Shown in pieces: positions 50,952 to 60,035 of a DNA stretch of 64,000 nt. The translations under genes were made by a program, and so were the position numbers. Origin of the DNA: Candidatus Cloacimonadota bacterium (GTDB lineage: Bacteria > Cloacimonadota > Cloacimonadia > G963667145); NCBI GenBank assembly GCA_963667145.1, contig OY762943.1, forward strand, positions 1,236,251 to 1,300,250, given 5' to 3'. Within the stretch, counting starts at the first letter, position 1. The number at the start of each line of letters is the position of its first letter. The notes below the pieces were generated by a model. It saw only the letters and a program-made list of their open reading frames with translations, was not told the origin of the DNA and did no database searches.

Positions 50952-51525
50952 GGCGATTTTTCTTGTATAAAACAATTCCGGGAATTACTTGCAAGGCGAT
51001 GATGAGAACGGCGAAGAGAAGCAAACTGTAGCTGGAAATCCAAAACAGAAAAACAAAAGAAGAGGCAAACCAGCAAATTCCCGAGATTTTTAAGATTTTG
51101 TTTTCGTAGATTATTCCCGAAATGAAGTGAGCGAGGCTGAGAGTGAGGGCAGGGAAAAGCACTGCAATTTCCTCGGAAATGTAAGGCGAATACAAAGCCG
51201 CAAAAAGCATAGTCGCCATTATAAGCATTGTGGAACCCCAAAGACCTATAATAATTTTACTCAAAAAAGTTATCGGCAAGTTTTTTCTCTGTCTGCTTCC
51301 CGAGACAAAGCTGATAATTCCGCCTGTGATGTAGGTAACTGCCCACATTCGATTGATGTACGAATAGTTTTCGGTTTGTATCATAAAAAATGTTCCAATG
51401 CAGGCAAAGGAAACCAAAATTCCCCATGTGATGTAGTGCATACCGTTGTCGAACACTTTTTTCTTGGATTCCTCGATCATCTGTTTTATGTATAGAATTT
51501 CGTTTTGGACTTCTTTGTTTTCCAT
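50938..51525 (-). CDS. Hypothetical polytopic membrane protein (195 aa)
   Basis: It has five to six hydrophobic helices and overlaps the PadR start. Confidence 0.45.
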   Translation of the reverse strand: MENKEVQNEILYIKQMIEESKKKVFDNGMHYITWGILVSFACIGTFFMIQTENYSYINRMWAVTYITGGIISFVSGSRQRKNLPITFLSKIIIGLWGSTMLIMATMLFAALYSPYISEEIAVLFPALTLSLAHFISGIIYENKILKISGICWFASSFVFLFWISSYSLLLFAVLIIALQVIPGIVLYKKNRHAEL

Positions 51526-51749
51526 AAATTCTCCCTTTGAAAATCATTTATAAAGTACTTTGTTTTTTAAAGTGAAGTTTGTCAAACGATTTTTTGAAAT
51601 AAATATTTTCAGTGACAGTGAGAAGGCTGTGAAACAGTTATATGCTGGAGTTTCTCAAAAAATCTGTTTTATTTTCTTGACGCTCAAACACGATTTAAGA
51701 GAAAAATTTGACGAATTTTATTAAACAAACAAGTTTAAAGGAGAAGGGT

Positions 51750-52079
51750 TTGAGAAAGTTTTTGTTGTTAATAATTCTTTGTATGGTTTTGGGTTGTAGT
51801 TCTAAGCAAGCTGAATTAACCCTTGTTTCTACGAAGAATTTTAACCCCGAAAAAGGGTTTACAAAAATAGGTAAAGTAACTGGAACTGACAATGTTTCTA
51901 TTATTATAATTGCTCCAACAGGAAAACCAAAAATGGAAATAGCAATAAGTAAAGCTATCGAAGCCGCACCAAATTGCTGTGCATTAGCTGATGTTAAAAT
52001 ATATAGCTATTCTTGGTGGATACCTTACATTTATGGTCAATATGGCTGGATTGTCGAAGGTACAGCACTATCTCAATAA
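51750..52079 (+). CDS. Small hypothetical lipoprotein
   Basis: aaggag then TTG 51750. Lipobox ILCMVLGCSS. The track ORF starts at the upstream TTG 51708. Confidence 0.45.
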   Translation: MRKFLLLIILCMVLGCSSKQAELTLVSTKNFNPEKGFTKIGKVTGTDNVSIIIIAPTGKPKMEIAISKAIEAAPNCCALADVKIYSYSWWIPYIYGQYGWIVEGTALSQ

Positions 52080-52091
52080 AAAGGAATTAAC

Positions 52092-53174
52092 ATGAAAAAT
52101 TTATTCTATGCAGGTCTTTTATTATTGCTTTTTTGTGGATGTGCTGTAGAATTGACTAAAGCTGTTCTTTCTGGCAAGTCTTATAAACCTTATGAAAATG
52201 TACCAGCTTCAAACTCTTATGCCACTGATAATAATAAAACTGGCAATTATGTTGGTGCATCAGAGGAGTGGCCGAATTTATCTAATTATTCTTCAGCCTT
52301 CAAAGATTCCTCAGAAGAATGGCCTGATTTGTCTAATTATTCCACTGCCTTCAAAGATAGCTATGTGGACATCCGTAATAATATCCCCATCACTCGCAAG
52401 AAAAATAAAAATGCCATTGGTGTTATCATTGGCAATCAGAGATACTTGAATAGGGATGTTCCCAGTGTTGATTTTGCCCTAAACGATGCTAACTATATGA
52501 AAAAATATTTGGTGAATACACTCGGATATGATGAAGGCAATATCATCTATATAGAGAACGCTACGCAGACAGATTTCATCACTGTTTTTGGGAATGAGAA
52601 AAGTTACAAGGGCAAACTTTACGATTGGGTGAAAGAGAATAAGTCGGATGTGTTTGTATATTATGCAGGTCACGGAGCACCAAATCCTGAGAACAAAAAC
52701 GGCTATTTTGTCCCCACTAATGCTGACCCAACAAGGCTTGATTTGACTGGCTACAATCTGAACCTTTTTTACAAAAATTTGAGCCAAATCAAATACAAAT
52801 CTTTGACAGTGGTTTTGGACGCTTGCTTCAGTGGAGTTAGCGAGAAAGGGATGCTTCTGAAAAATGTCTCTCCGATAATGCCGAAAGTGAAAACCGATTA
52901 TGTTCTCAAGAAAAACACTTGTATTTTCACTTCTGCATCTGAGGTGGAAGTTTCCTCTTGGTATCCCGAAAAACAACATTCGTTGTTTACATATTTTTTC
53001 TTGAAAGGTCTTCAGGGAGAAGCGGACGCTAACAAAGACAAAATAATTTCATCTAAAGAGTTAAAAAAATATTTGGATGAGAATGTTGTTTACTTTGCTC
53101 GCCGAATAAGTAGCCGAGAGCAACACCCACAATTAGTTGAGAATAATCCTATCAACATTGCCAATATTAGATAG
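52092..53174 (+). CDS. Caspase-family (peptidase C14) lipoprotein
   Basis: Lipobox LLLFCGCA. The catalytic His-Cys dyad sits in conserved context: VFVYYAGHGAP...LTVVLDACFSG. A tandem 17-aa repeat SEEWP(N/D)LSNYS(S/T)AFKDS lies before the protease domain. Confidence 0.8.
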   Translation: MKNLFYAGLLLLLFCGCAVELTKAVLSGKSYKPYENVPASNSYATDNNKTGNYVGASEEWPNLSNYSSAFKDSSEEWPDLSNYSTAFKDSYVDIRNNIPITRKKNKNAIGVIIGNQRYLNRDVPSVDFALNDANYMKKYLVNTLGYDEGNIIYIENATQTDFITVFGNEKSYKGKLYDWVKENKSDVFVYYAGHGAPNPENKNGYFVPTNADPTRLDLTGYNLNLFYKNLSQIKYKSLTVVLDACFSGVSEKGMLLKNVSPIMPKVKTDYVLKKNTCIFTSASEVEVSSWYPEKQHSLFTYFFLKGLQGEADANKDKIISSKELKKYLDENVVYFARRISSREQHPQLVENNPINIANIR

Positions 53175-54005
53175 ATGAAAACGAAAGCGTTAATTTTACT
53201 CTTTTTTCTGTGTTGCGTGAGTGCGTATTGCAAAAACTTTGACGAGATAGAAAAAATTAGTAATTCCAAATATTTGGTCACGATTTACCAATCCATAGAA
53301 AATATCACACCTCAGGAAGCGATAAAATTGGCGAAGAATAAGGCTTACAACAAAACTCTTGATTACGAAGAGATTGAGGTTAGTGCTTCTTCTATGATTT
53401 TGCAAACTTCGGAGAATGAAAAGTTTAAAGATATTTTCGCTAAATATGTTTGCACCTCCAGTTCTGGCACTATCATTGGCAGTTCTATCCTTGAAGAGAA
53501 AAAGTTTGTCGAAAACAATCGAGTATTTTTGAAGTTGGTTATTGAAGTTAAAGTTGGGAAGCACAAGAAGAAAAAAGACCCATATTTCAACATCGAAGCA
53601 AATCTAAATAAAGACAACATCAGAGAAGGTGAGTCGCTTTCTATTTCTGTGAAATCAAGTAAAGATTGCTATATCACAGTTCTTGATATTCAATCCAACA
53701 ATAGCATTAATCAAATTTTCCCCAATCAATTCCAATCTGATAACTATCTTGCAAAAAACAAGACGTTGAATTTGCCCACAGAACAAGAAATCAAACTTGG
53801 TTTAGAATATGTTTCGTCTTTGCTTGAGGGGAAAGATTCCGATTTGGAGTTAATCAAAATTATCGCCACCAAAAAACCTTTATATCTTTTACTGGATTCA
53901 GAAGACGACGAAAATCAATTTGAAAAATTGCAAGAAACTCTAATCAGGATTCCAAGAGACGAAATAGAAATTGTAGATTTACCAATCTATATTTATAAAA
54001 GGTAA
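53175..54005 (+). CDS. Secreted DUF4384-like protein, a partner frequently found with bacterial caspase-domain proteins
   Basis: It has a signal peptide with a Cys-containing N-terminus. The segment SISVKSSKDCYITVLDIQSNNSINQIFPN resembles the DUF4384 core. The gene starts 1 bp after the caspase gene stop. Confidence 0.5.
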   Translation: MKTKALILLFFLCCVSAYCKNFDEIEKISNSKYLVTIYQSIENITPQEAIKLAKNKAYNKTLDYEEIEVSASSMILQTSENEKFKDIFAKYVCTSSSGTIIGSSILEEKKFVENNRVFLKLVIEVKVGKHKKKKDPYFNIEANLNKDNIREGESLSISVKSSKDCYITVLDIQSNNSINQIFPNQFQSDNYLAKNKTLNLPTEQEIKLGLEYVSSLLEGKDSDLELIKIIATKKPLYLLLDSEDDENQFEKLQETLIRIPRDEIEIVDLPIYIYKR

Positions 54006-54169
54006 TTTTTTATCTTTCTTTTTTGTATTTTACATTACTAAATTTTGTTTACTGTTCAAAATTTTCTCAAAGTAGCGAAATAATTTCTCATTGAGAAAAA
54101 TATTTGACGAGTTTGAGGAAAATAAAAAGTATTGAGCGTTTTAAATTTTCTTTTTTAAGGAGTAGTTTT

Positions 54170-57100
54170 ATGAGTGACCATATGCGTAGAATACCGATTA
54201 AAAGCCTTGTTAAATGGGTTTTTGACGAGTTAGAGCAAAGCAAAAGTATTTTTTCTGTTCCAGAGCAAAAGTTTTTTCGCAAGGATAACGAGAACTTTGC
54301 CGAAGTTTTTGGAGAAAAAATGTCAACAATTGTTGGTCCAGCAGCTGGGCCACATTCACAACTTAGCCAAAATATCATCGCCTCATATTTGGCAGGTGCC
54401 AGATTTTTTGAGATTAAGACAGTGCAGATTTTGGACAAGTTGGAATTGGGTAAACCTTGCATTGAGTCTGCTGATGAATGTTACAATACTGAGTGGTCAA
54501 CCGAGTTGGCTATCGGTGGATGGAGCCTGAGCAGAGAAGAATGTGAGCGTGGCGAGGCTAACGCTTTTGACGAATACGTAAAGGCTTGGTTCATTTGCCA
54601 TGTTTTGGATAAAAAACTTGGTTTGTCTGGCAAGAGCAACGGGCGATTAGTCTTCAATATGTCGGTTGGCTATAATCTGGAAGGCATTCTTGACCCTAAG
54701 GTGGATAAATTTATCGAAGGTCTCAAAGACGCTTCTGCTGAACCAATTTTTGAAAAATGCAGAAAGATTCTCAAGGAAGCAAAAATTTCGGGAATTAGTG
54801 ATGAGTTCATCGATAGCATCCCTTCACAAATTTGTAGTGGAATTACTCTTTCCACAATGCATGGATGTCCACCAGATGAGATAGAGAAGATTGTTAAGTA
54901 TCTTTTGGAAAAGAAGAAACTTAACGTTTTTGCCAAGCTTAATCCGACTTTGCTTGGTTCAGATTTTTTGAAAATGACTTGGGAAAAGCTCGGCTTCGAC
55001 ATTGTGCAAAAGCAAGAGTTTTTTGATAACGATTTGAAGATAGAGCAAGCACTGCCAATGTTGGAGAGGCTCATTGCGTTTGCCAAGGAGCAGGGCAAAG
55101 AGTTCGGCGTTAAACTTTCCAATACTTTGCAGTCTATCAATAGAAAGGGAATTTTGCCGGGCGAAGAGATGTATATGTCTGGTAGAGCGTTGTATCCGCT
55201 CACTATCAACTTGGCTGCTAAATTGGCTAAGCATTTCAAGGGCGACCTCAAGATTTCTTATTCTGGTGGAGCAGACGCTCTGAATATAGAAAATATTGCT
55301 GCTTGTGGAATTAGACCTATTACTCTTGCCACGAGTTTGCTCAAGCCAGGTGGATATGAGAGATTCAATCAGCTCGCTACCATAGTTGACCCACTTCTGC
55401 CAAATGGTGGTTACGACAAGGTGGATGTGGACGCTTTGCAAAAATTGGCTGATGGCGTTTTCGATGATGTCAATCACAAAAAAGAGAAGCATCCAGTTGG
55501 TGAGCGGAAGATTGACGAGTATTTGCCGATGGTGGATTGCTTTGTTGACCCATGCAGAAACCAATGTCCAATTAGCCAAGATATTCCTGACTACATTGAC
55601 GCTGTGGCAAAAGGCGAATATGTGAAGGCTTTGGAGATTATTACTGCCAAAAACCCGCTTCCGTTCATCACGGGAACGATTTGTCCTCACACTTGCATGA
55701 ATAAATGTACTAGAATGGAGTACGACGAATCTGTGGCGATTAGAGAGATGAAGTTGTTCGCTGCCGAGAAAGGTTATGCTGGATTGCAGTTGCAAAAAGG
55801 TGAAGCGAAGAACATTAAAATTGCTGTGATTGGTGCTGGACCTGCGGGTATCGCTTCTTCGTATTTCCTTGCCAGAGAAGGTTTTTCCGTGGATGTTTTC
55901 GAGAAATCTTCGGTTGCTGGAGGCACGGTTGCCAATGTGATTCCTGACTTCAGAATTTCCAGAGATTCCATCGCCAAAGATGTGGAGTTAGCCAAGAAAT
56001 TGGGTGTGAAGTTCAACTTCAATTGTGGCGATTTCGAGATAGAGAAGCTGAAAGAAGACGGCTACAAATACGTGATTTTGGCTGTTGGAGCAGGCAAGCA
56101 TACTTTCGTGGATTTGCAAGGCGGAGAGAGCCTGAACGCCATTGAGTTCCTGAGCGATTTTGTTTTGGGCAAAGCCAAGGTTGGCAAAAAAGTTGCTGTT
56201 ATCGGTGGCGGAAACACCGCTATGGATGCTGCTCGTGCTGCCAAGCGATTGGCTGACGATGTGTACATTGTGTATCGTCGCACCATCGAGCAGATGCCAG
56301 CCGATTTGGAAGAGTTGCAACTTGCTCAGAAGGATGGTGTTATCTTCAAGAATTTGCTCGCTCCAGTTAGTTATGACGGCAAGACTTTTAAGTGCGAAGT
56401 GATGGAACTCGGTGCAAAAGATTCTTCTGGCAGAGCAAGACCCGTTGGCACTGGCAAATTCGAGGAGTTGGCAATTGACACTGTTATCTCCAGTATTGGC
56501 GACAAAGTTGACAGCGATTTCTTGAAATCAAAAGGTGTCCACAAGATTATAAGTGAGGTTTCTCTGGAGACAGATGCTCGCAACGTTTATCTTGCTGGAG
56601 ATGCACAGCGTGGACCTGCGACAGTGGTGGAGGCTATAGCCGATGCGACCAAAGTTGCCAAGTCGATTATGTTCAAAGAGGGCGTAGTTGGCTTTGAAGA
56701 CCGTTTTTGGGTTGATGATGTTGAGGTTGATGCGGACGCTTTGAAAGCAAAGAAAGCTATTTTGGTTAATCAAGCTGATGGCGAAGAAGAGGCTGAGCGT
56801 TGTCTCGGATGCGACACTGTCTGCAATATTTGTTCTTCAGTTTGTCCGAACAGAGCCAATGTTCAAATTGTTGTGGAAGGTTTGGAGAAAATTAACCAAA
56901 TCGTTCACATCGATGGAATGTGCAACGAGTGCGGAAACTGTGGATTCTTCTGTCCTTACATCGGTGAGCCATACAGAGACAAATTCACTCTCTTCTGGAC
57001 TGAGGCGGATTTCTGCGACAACCAAAATAACGGTTTTGTTCTCATCGAAGATGGCGATTGCCCTAAGTTCAAGGTGAAAGTTTGGGGCGAAGTCTTTGTT

Positions 57101-57205
57101 GTTGATTTCGACAAAAGCGGTTGTCCAAGCGTACCACTGCCAGAAGGTTTGGCTGAGATTATCTGGACTTGCTACACCGATTATAGATATTTATTTGTAT
57201 TTTAG
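54170..57205 (+). CDS. ygfK: YgfK-like large Fe-S flavoprotein (putative selenate reductase subunit YgfK family, ~1011 aa): DHOD/DPD-like domain + GltD-like FAD/NAD(P) oxidoreductase + 4Fe-4S clusters
   Basis: The start at ATG 54170 (aaggag + 8 nt) gives MSDHMRRIPIKSLVKWVFDELEQSKSIFSVPEQKFF...STIVGPAAGPHSQLSQNI, co-linear with the E. coli YgfK N-terminus (MRPIPFEELLTRIFDEY...GIPEQQF...GPAAGPHTQLAQNI). It has a Rossmann GAGPAG motif and C-terminal Cys clusters (CxxCxxC). Confidence 0.8.
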   Translation: MSDHMRRIPIKSLVKWVFDELEQSKSIFSVPEQKFFRKDNENFAEVFGEKMSTIVGPAAGPHSQLSQNIIASYLAGARFFEIKTVQILDKLELGKPCIESADECYNTEWSTELAIGGWSLSREECERGEANAFDEYVKAWFICHVLDKKLGLSGKSNGRLVFNMSVGYNLEGILDPKVDKFIEGLKDASAEPIFEKCRKILKEAKISGISDEFIDSIPSQICSGITLSTMHGCPPDEIEKIVKYLLEKKKLNVFAKLNPTLLGSDFLKMTWEKLGFDIVQKQEFFDNDLKIEQALPMLERLIAFAKEQGKEFGVKLSNTLQSINRKGILPGEEMYMSGRALYPLTINLAAKLAKHFKGDLKISYSGGADALNIENIAACGIRPITLATSLLKPGGYERFNQLATIVDPLLPNGGYDKVDVDALQKLADGVFDDVNHKKEKHPVGERKIDEYLPMVDCFVDPCRNQCPISQDIPDYIDAVAKGEYVKALEIITAKNPLPFITGTICPHTCMNKCTRMEYDESVAIREMKLFAAEKGYAGLQLQKGEAKNIKIAVIGAGPAGIASSYFLAREGFSVDVFEKSSVAGGTVANVIPDFRISRDSIAKDVELAKKLGVKFNFNCGDFEIEKLKEDGYKYVILAVGAGKHTFVDLQGGESLNAIEFLSDFVLGKAKVGKKVAVIGGGNTAMDAARAAKRLADDVYIVYRRTIEQMPADLEELQLAQKDGVIFKNLLAPVSYDGKTFKCEVMELGAKDSSGRARPVGTGKFEELAIDTVISSIGDKVDSDFLKSKGVHKIISEVSLETDARNVYLAGDAQRGPATVVEAIADATKVAKSIMFKEGVVGFEDRFWVDDVEVDADALKAKKAILVNQADGEEEAERCLGCDTVCNICSSVCPNRANVQIVVEGLEKINQIVHIDGMCNECGNCGFFCPYIGEPYRDKFTLFWTEADFCDNQNNGFVLIEDGDCPKFKVKVWGEVFVVDFDKSGCPSVPLPEGLAEIIWTCYTDYRYLFVF

Positions 57206-57220
57206 TCTGATATAAAGATT

Positions 57221-57256
57221 AGATTTGGCGGAAGGGTTCGTTCTCTTTCGCCTTTT
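57221..57256 (+). terminator. Probable Rho-independent terminator after the ygfK-like gene
   Basis: ggcggaagggttcgttctctttcgcctttttt: an imperfect GC stem followed by a T6 run. Confidence 0.4.
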
Positions 57257-57321
57257 TTGTTTGACTATCAGATAAGTTTTGGAAAAGTGGATAAGATAGA
57301 TTTTAATTTAAAGAGAGCTTG

Positions 57322-57975
57322 ATGAAAACGAACGTAAGATTTAAACGGATGATAGTGGAAGCTGGTCGGCAGATGATAGCCGATGGATTGACTGTGGGTA
57401 CTTGGGGGAATATTTCCGTGCAAGACCCTGAGACAGGTTTGATTTACATCAAGCCCAGCGGAATGGACTACGGGAAAATAGTGGAAGACGATGTGGTGGT
57501 GATGAATAGCGAATACCAAATCGTGGAAGGCAATCGCAAACCGTCAATAGAGCACAATTTCCACATCGGGATAATGAATGCCCGCGATGATGTTTTTGCT
57601 GTGGTGCATACGCATCCAGTCTATTCCAGTATTTTCGGAGTGCTTAGGCAAGAGATACCTGCCGTGTGCGAAGATTTCGCTCAGATAGTTGGCGAGAGTG
57701 TTATCTGCTGTGAATACGCCTTGCCGGGTACGAAGGAGCTTGCCAAGAATGTGGAGAGAGGCTTGGGCGATAGAGGAGCTGTGCTAATTCCCAATCACGG
57801 GGCTGTCTGTGTTGGAGCGAGCTTGGCGGACGCTTTCAAAGTGAGTTTTGTGTTGGAAAAATCTGCGAGAATTTACTATATGGCGAAATCAGTTGGAAAT
57901 CCTCATCTTATTAGTTCGCAGGATGTTAAGGCGATGCAAGATTTCGTGAAGACGAGTTACGGGCAAGACAAGTAG
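57322..57975 (+). CDS. Class II aldolase/adducin-family protein (MtnB/DrdA/fuculose-phosphate-aldolase-like)
   Basis: The N-terminus GTWGNISV... and the His-rich metal site (VVHTHPVYSS) match the class II aldolase/adducin N-terminal domain (Aldolase_II). ATG 57322 is preferred over TTG 57319. Confidence 0.8.
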   Translation: MKTNVRFKRMIVEAGRQMIADGLTVGTWGNISVQDPETGLIYIKPSGMDYGKIVEDDVVVMNSEYQIVEGNRKPSIEHNFHIGIMNARDDVFAVVHTHPVYSSIFGVLRQEIPAVCEDFAQIVGESVICCEYALPGTKELAKNVERGLGDRGAVLIPNHGAVCVGASLADAFKVSFVLEKSARIYYMAKSVGNPHLISSQDVKAMQDFVKTSYGQDK

Positions 57976-59265
57976 ATGAAGAAAATAGTAAAGAATCTGA
58001 AAATTCTGAGCATGGTTTCTGACGAAATCGTTAGCGGAGGCTTGGGGATTGACGGTCAAAAAATAGCTTTTGTGGGAAAGCAGCCGAAAGATTTTGTTGC
58101 GGATGAAGTGATAGACGGCAAGGGCAAGTTGGCGATGCCGGGCTTGGTGAACGCTCACACGCACATCGCGATGAGCCTCATGCGTTCCTATGCCGACGAT
58201 TTGGCTTTTTGGTCGTGGCTCAACGATAAAATTATGCCTCTTGAGGAAAATCTGAACGAAGAGTTAGTCTATTGGGGGAGCAAATTGTCGTGTGCGGAGC
58301 TAATTGCCTCGGGAACGACGTGCTTTGCGGATATGTATTTCTTTATGGATAATGTGGCGGAAGCGGTGAAAGATGCAGGTCTTCGTGCTTCGCTTTGCCG
58401 CGGTCTCACTTGGTTTAGCAAAGCGGACGATTTCAAGTTGAAGGAAGCGATAGATTTTAATAGCAAATGGCATGGAGCTGTTGAGGGTAAAATTTCCACG
58501 ATGTTGGGGCCTCATGCACCCTACACTTGTCCACCTGAGTTTCTGCGTGAAGTCAGGCGGTTGCAAATCGAACTCGACGTTCCCATTCATATTCATCTCT
58601 CGGAGAGCTTGGACGAGATAGTCAAAGCCAAAGCAACTTGGGGGAAAACGCCCATTGCTCACGTTGCCGATTTGGGACTTTTGGACGGTGAAGCGATGGC
58701 TGCTCACTGTGTGCAAGCTACGGAAGAGGACATGCGGATTTTGGCAAACAAAGGCACGAAAGTGGTTCACAATCCCGGAAGCAATATGAAGTTGGCGAAC
58801 GGTTTTGCACCTATTCAAGCTATGAAGAACGCAGGAGTTACGGTTGCTCTCGGCACGGATGGACCAGCCAGCAATAACAATCAGAATATGTTTGAGGAGA
58901 TGCATTTGGCGGCTCTGATTGCCAAGTCTCTCACGCACAATCCAGAAGATTTGCCTGCCTACGAAATCTTGAAAATGGCTACAGTCGACGGAGCTAATGC
59001 TTTGGGGTTGTCCGACAAGATAGGAACTTTGGAAGTCGGCAAGCAGGCGGATTTTATCCTGTTAGATTTGGACAAACCGCATCTCTTCCCTCAGCACGAC
59101 ATAGTTTCGCTTTTAGTCTATAGTGCACAGGCGTCCGACGTCAGTGATGTGTGGGTAGCAGGAGATTGCTTGTATTCCGACTATTCTTTCAGGGTAATCG
59201 ATTTCGGTGAGATTAAATCTAAGCTGTCTTCCATGTTACCGAAATTTTTGGGAAATAAAAATTAG
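57976..59265 (+). CDS. mtaD: Amidohydrolase of the MtaD family (5'-methylthioadenosine/S-adenosylhomocysteine/5'-deoxyadenosine deaminase-like)
   Basis: PGLVNAHTHIAMSLMRSYADDLAFWSWL...HIHLSE...HC...ALGTDG matches the MtaD metal-binding motifs. It does not match SsnA (SHNHFYSG). Confidence 0.8.
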   Translation: MKKIVKNLKILSMVSDEIVSGGLGIDGQKIAFVGKQPKDFVADEVIDGKGKLAMPGLVNAHTHIAMSLMRSYADDLAFWSWLNDKIMPLEENLNEELVYWGSKLSCAELIASGTTCFADMYFFMDNVAEAVKDAGLRASLCRGLTWFSKADDFKLKEAIDFNSKWHGAVEGKISTMLGPHAPYTCPPEFLREVRRLQIELDVPIHIHLSESLDEIVKAKATWGKTPIAHVADLGLLDGEAMAAHCVQATEEDMRILANKGTKVVHNPGSNMKLANGFAPIQAMKNAGVTVALGTDGPASNNNQNMFEEMHLAALIAKSLTHNPEDLPAYEILKMATVDGANALGLSDKIGTLEVGKQADFILLDLDKPHLFPQHDIVSLLVYSAQASDVSDVWVAGDCLYSDYSFRVIDFGEIKSKLSSMLPKFLGNKN

Positions 59266-59273
59266 GAGTTAGG

Positions 59274-60035
59274 GTGAATATATTGGTTTCCAACGACGAT
59301 GGATACGACGCTCCCGGCATTCAGACTTTGATAAGCAGATTGGAGCAAGACGGACACAACATCATGGTTGTGGCACCCGAGACACAGCAAAGTGCCAAGT
59401 CGCACAGCCTCACTCTGCACGACACTTTGTATTGCTATCAGGTGAAAGAAAATCATTACAAAGTCAGTGGAACTCCCGCCGATTGCGTGTTGCTTGCCGA
59501 GAAGAGACTGCTGAGTGATAAGAAGATAGATTTGGTGATTTCGGGAATCAACAAAGGTCAAAATATCGGCGAAGATATTTACTATTCTGGCACTGTCGCT
59601 GCTGCCAGAGAGGCTACTTTCCACGGATACAAGGCGATTGCTGTTTCCAGATTGGGCTTCGAGGGATTGGATTTTGAATTGGCAGCTGAGTTCATCGCTC
59701 AGGCGGTGCAAAACGGTTTGACAGATTTTATTCAGGAGAGGGAATTTTTGAACATTAACGTGCCGGATATTACACGAGATGAGTTGGAAGGCGTAGTTGT
59801 TGCTCAGCTCGGGCATCGGGAATTTACCAGCTTCAGCAAAGGAAAAATTTTGGACAACGGAGTGATTGAGTTCAATTTTGGCGTAGAGGACGTTATTTTC
59901 CAAAAAGACCCTGGGACGGATATTGAAGCGGTTCTTGACAATAAAATTTCCATAACGCCTGTTTTTGCCAATCTTTCTAATGAGAAATCTCTTCGAGAAT
60001 TGGGGAAATGGGAATTTTTAAGCGAGTTTAAATAA
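59274..60035 (+). CDS. surE: 5'/3'-nucleotidase SurE
   Basis: GTG start after aggag. MNILVSNDDGYDAPGIQTL is the canonical SurE N-terminus. Confidence 0.85.
   Translation: MNILVSNDDGYDAPGIQTLISRLEQDGHNIMVVAPETQQSAKSHSLTLHDTLYCYQVKENHYKVSGTPADCVLLAEKRLLSDKKIDLVISGINKGQNIGEDIYYSGTVAAAREATFHGYKAIAVSRLGFEGLDFELAAEFIAQAVQNGLTDFIQEREFLNINVPDITRDELEGVVVAQLGHREFTSFSKGKILDNGVIEFNFGVEDVIFQKDPGTDIEAVLDNKISITPVFANLSNEKSLRELGKWEFLSEFK

Noticed and set aside
54670-56773. - strand ORFs 54670..55251 and 54959..55795 and others within the ygfK-like gene
   Set aside because: They are antisense. The + strand frame aligns co-linearly with YgfK over about 1000 aa.
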